DNA of 63,949 nucleotides, filler included, from Intoshia linei (taxonomy: Eukaryota > Animalia > Orthonectida), in NCBI GenBank assembly GCA_001642005.1. It is 14 parts of 14 records of this genome, joined end to end, with 100 filler letters (N's around TTAATTAATTAA, not from the genome) between each part and the next. Parts side by side here need not be neighbours in the genome. Positions count along the whole stretch, not along the records: positions 59,465 to 62,118 come from LWCA01002287.1; positions 62,219 to 63,949 come from LWCA01002515.1; 12 more parts are not named here. One strand, given 5' to 3'. This document shows positions 61,501 to 63,949 of this stretch, piece by piece; position 1 is the first letter of the stretch; every line of letters begins with the position of its first letter. The position numbers and the translations under genes are program-made. The notes under the pieces were generated by a model that had not been told where the DNA came from, searched no databases, and worked only from the letters and a program-made list of their open reading frames with translations.

Positions 61501-62274
61501 TATTGGATAAAATTGTTGAAAACTAAATAATAGTGTTTTTACTCGAATATACTCGGAACAACTTAATTTAACTGTTGACAACTCCATAAAACTTTGAACA
61601 ATTCCGTTTTCAATTGAAATGACATTAAATTATGTAAATATCTGTCAAGCCGAGATGTATGACATACAACTTAATTTTAATTATACTATTTGTGTTTTTA
61701 CGTTTTTTCAATAATTTAATTTTCGATAGAGTTCGATGCCCGCCAACGCCTTTTTTTTTTTTATCTTTTTCGAATTTGAATCCAAAATTTGATTATGNTC
61801 AATAATTTAATTTTCGATAGAGTTCGATGCCCGCCAACGCCTTTTTTTTTTTTTATCTTTTTCGAATTTGAATCCAAAATTTGATTATGTCGATATGTAA
61901 ATGTAGCATACGTAGTCGTCGTCTATATTCAATTTCTTCTGCCTCCTCAATAAGGTTCCATAAATTATCGCGCCTTCATCGTTGCGACACCACTTGTTTC
62001 TGCGAATTCGGCCTGTCATTTGGATAATATTTATATCTCGAAACCTACTCGGAAGTCTACGTAACCGAGCGCCTTCTCCCGCCAGTTTATCGCATCTTTT
62101 ACAAATAAATTTTTTTAANNNNNNNNNNNNNNNNNNNNNNNNNNNNNNNNNNNNNNNNNNNNTTAATTAATTAANNNNNNNNNNNNNNNNNNNNNNNNNN
62201 NNNNNNNNNNNNNNNNNNTCCCTCCAGAAAATCTGAAAATAATTATTTACTATGAAAAATATGTCCACCCTAAT

Positions 62275-62450
62275 GAACATCATTTAATGATAATTTATTA
62301 ATATTTTTGATAATTCCTCTAGCTTGGTTTACAATGATATTAAATACTGTAGCTATCTTATGAGGTTCATAATTTTAATCTCTCGATTCAACCGCTCTTT
62401 CTTTTTTCTCTCCAGTGTTAATTCTTTTGATCTTTTAAATTGTAACATAA
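62275..62450 (-). mobile_element. Tigger/pogo N-terminal (psq-type HTH) relic
   Basis: MLQFKRSKELTLERK...KIATVFNIIVNQARGIIKNINKL with frameshift and stop. A similar relic lies at 38822-38890 (+). Confidence 0.5.
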
Positions 62451-62843
62451 ATTTTATGATAAAAGTGTGATTTATTTTTAATGTTTTCGAGATTTTCTAA
62501 CAATAATGTATATGAAAAATAGAACTCGCAATAAATGCTGTGGTTTAAAACGAAGATGTGCTGTATTTCTAATCCTTCACAATTGTTAAAATTTGAGAAT
62601 TCACATTTAAATAAATATATATTTAGGAAATAAGTACCGAAATATAAGAAATGTATCCATTTAGTATTTAATGTTGAAATTAATATTTTTTCCTTTTAAA
62701 TCTATCAAAAGCAAAAAAGTGTGGTATAAATTTTTCAGAAATGTGTGCTTTAAATCGACAACCACTGTAAATTAATTCACTCTATTGATTAATGACTAAA
62801 TTTAAAAAAAAATTTTTATTTTATATTTTGGATAGTAACAATA

Positions 62844-63949
62844 CAGTCAAGTTTCGTTAGTAGACAATGAAAATAAACTAGTCTTTGTCTACTATTTTAT
62901 TTTTGTATACTAACGAAACATTATACAAGTCATAGTGATATATAAACATTAATTTTAATTTACAAAATAGTAATAATAATTATCAAACATTAGCGATCTT
63001 AAATTCGACATCATATTATTTCTTAGTAATTACCTGAAACTAATATAATTTTATTTTTACATTTCAAATGACTATTATCACAAAAATATTTCTATATTTC
63101 TAATCTGTTTTTCTACATTGCTTACATTTAAATTAAGATTTGTTTAATATTAAAAGTGAGTATTACCAAACTTATAGTCTACCTTGTGAACTTTAAACTC
63201 TTAAAACCGTAGATAATCTAACATGACGAAAAAATTTAATGAATCGAAATTACAAATGATTAGAAAATTATCTTATTTCAACAAAAAATCTATATCATCA
63301 GTCAACATTATCAATTAATTTTTTTCTGATTCTTAATAATGTATCCATTTCAGATTTAGATATTATTGTAGGAACATTCTTGAGTTTCGATATAGTGTCA
63401 TTTATGGAATCCAATGATTCTAGGATATGTGTCTCTTGATCAGATTCGATATCCGAAAAATCTTCACGTACGGTGTTGGTGTTGATATTAATAAATTCGG
63501 GTAAATCATCTAATTCAACATTAATTTCTAGATTTTGTAAACTTTTTAACAAAGATAACTTGTTCGATTCGGTGATTTCATTATCACAACATTTAATTTT
63601 TTGTATTTTTCTCCACGCCTGTGTAAACACGCTGTGGCGCACTTCGTTCCATGATTTAAATGCATTGTCAATACACATTCTTAAACTATACTTTTTTATA
63701 ACAGCGGTAGCACGTCAAGCCACAAGAGATTTAATGAAGTTTTGATTGTATCTACATTTAAATGCTCTAATTATACCTAAATTATACATTAATGAATATA
63801 AATTTTTTAAATTTACCTTGATCTTGTAGCTGAATCAAAGATGTTGTATTTGGTGGTATATACAACACCGCTACGTTATCAGACATTAAAAATTAGATTG
63901 GCGGATGAGCAGGACATTGATCCATTATGAGAAGGATTTTACAATTATT
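62844..63949 (-). mobile_element. pogo/Tigger transposon: DDE domain, C-terminus and TIR, with a 40-nt intron
   Basis: KILLIMDQCPAHP, VLYIPPNTTSLIQLQDQ|GIIRAFKCRY and AFKSWNEVRHSVFTQAWRK. TIR TA|CAGTCAAGTTTCGTTAGTAGAC at 62844. In-frame stops. Confidence 0.88.

Noticed and set aside
61708-61889. 90-bp tandem duplication
   Set aside because: The copies are separated by a single N and differ only in poly-T length, which is typical of an unmerged contig overlap.
61930-61975. RDNLWNLIEEAE resembling the plasmid MobA/MobL relaxase motif LWNxxExxE
   Set aside because: The match is short, has an in-frame stop just upstream, and lacks other relaxase motifs.

Overview
AT-rich, intron-containing animal genomic DNA; it is not prokaryotic. 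The window is 14 contig segments joined by 13 identical artificial 100-nt spacers (44 N + TTAATTAATTAA + 44 N), so adjacency across spacers is unproven. Manual splicing gives complete or near-complete genes for a DCC/protogenin-type Ig-FN3 receptor, atypical PKC, a DOK-like PH+PTB adaptor and FAM166/CIMIP2. It also gives partial genes for ALDH, an EGF-repeat protein, WDR35/IFT121, a divergent CYFIP, a secreted Ig-like protein, an FAAH-like amidase and flotillin-1. Many introns are only 26-40 nt, while the long ones are filled with transposons: two Ty3/gypsy relics, hAT (Buster-, Ac- and hATm-like), Chapaev, pogo/Tigger, Tc1-type MITEs, foldback elements and a non-autonomous Helitron family whose two ends can be reconstructed here. 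Tiny introns, divergent proteins and ciliary genes suggest a compact-genome ciliated invertebrate such as an orthonectid (inference only). I see no convincing novel multi-gene system. The best leads are divergent signalling proteins, extreme gene packing and unusual transposon architecture. All family assignments come from motif recognition by eye, not from database searches.
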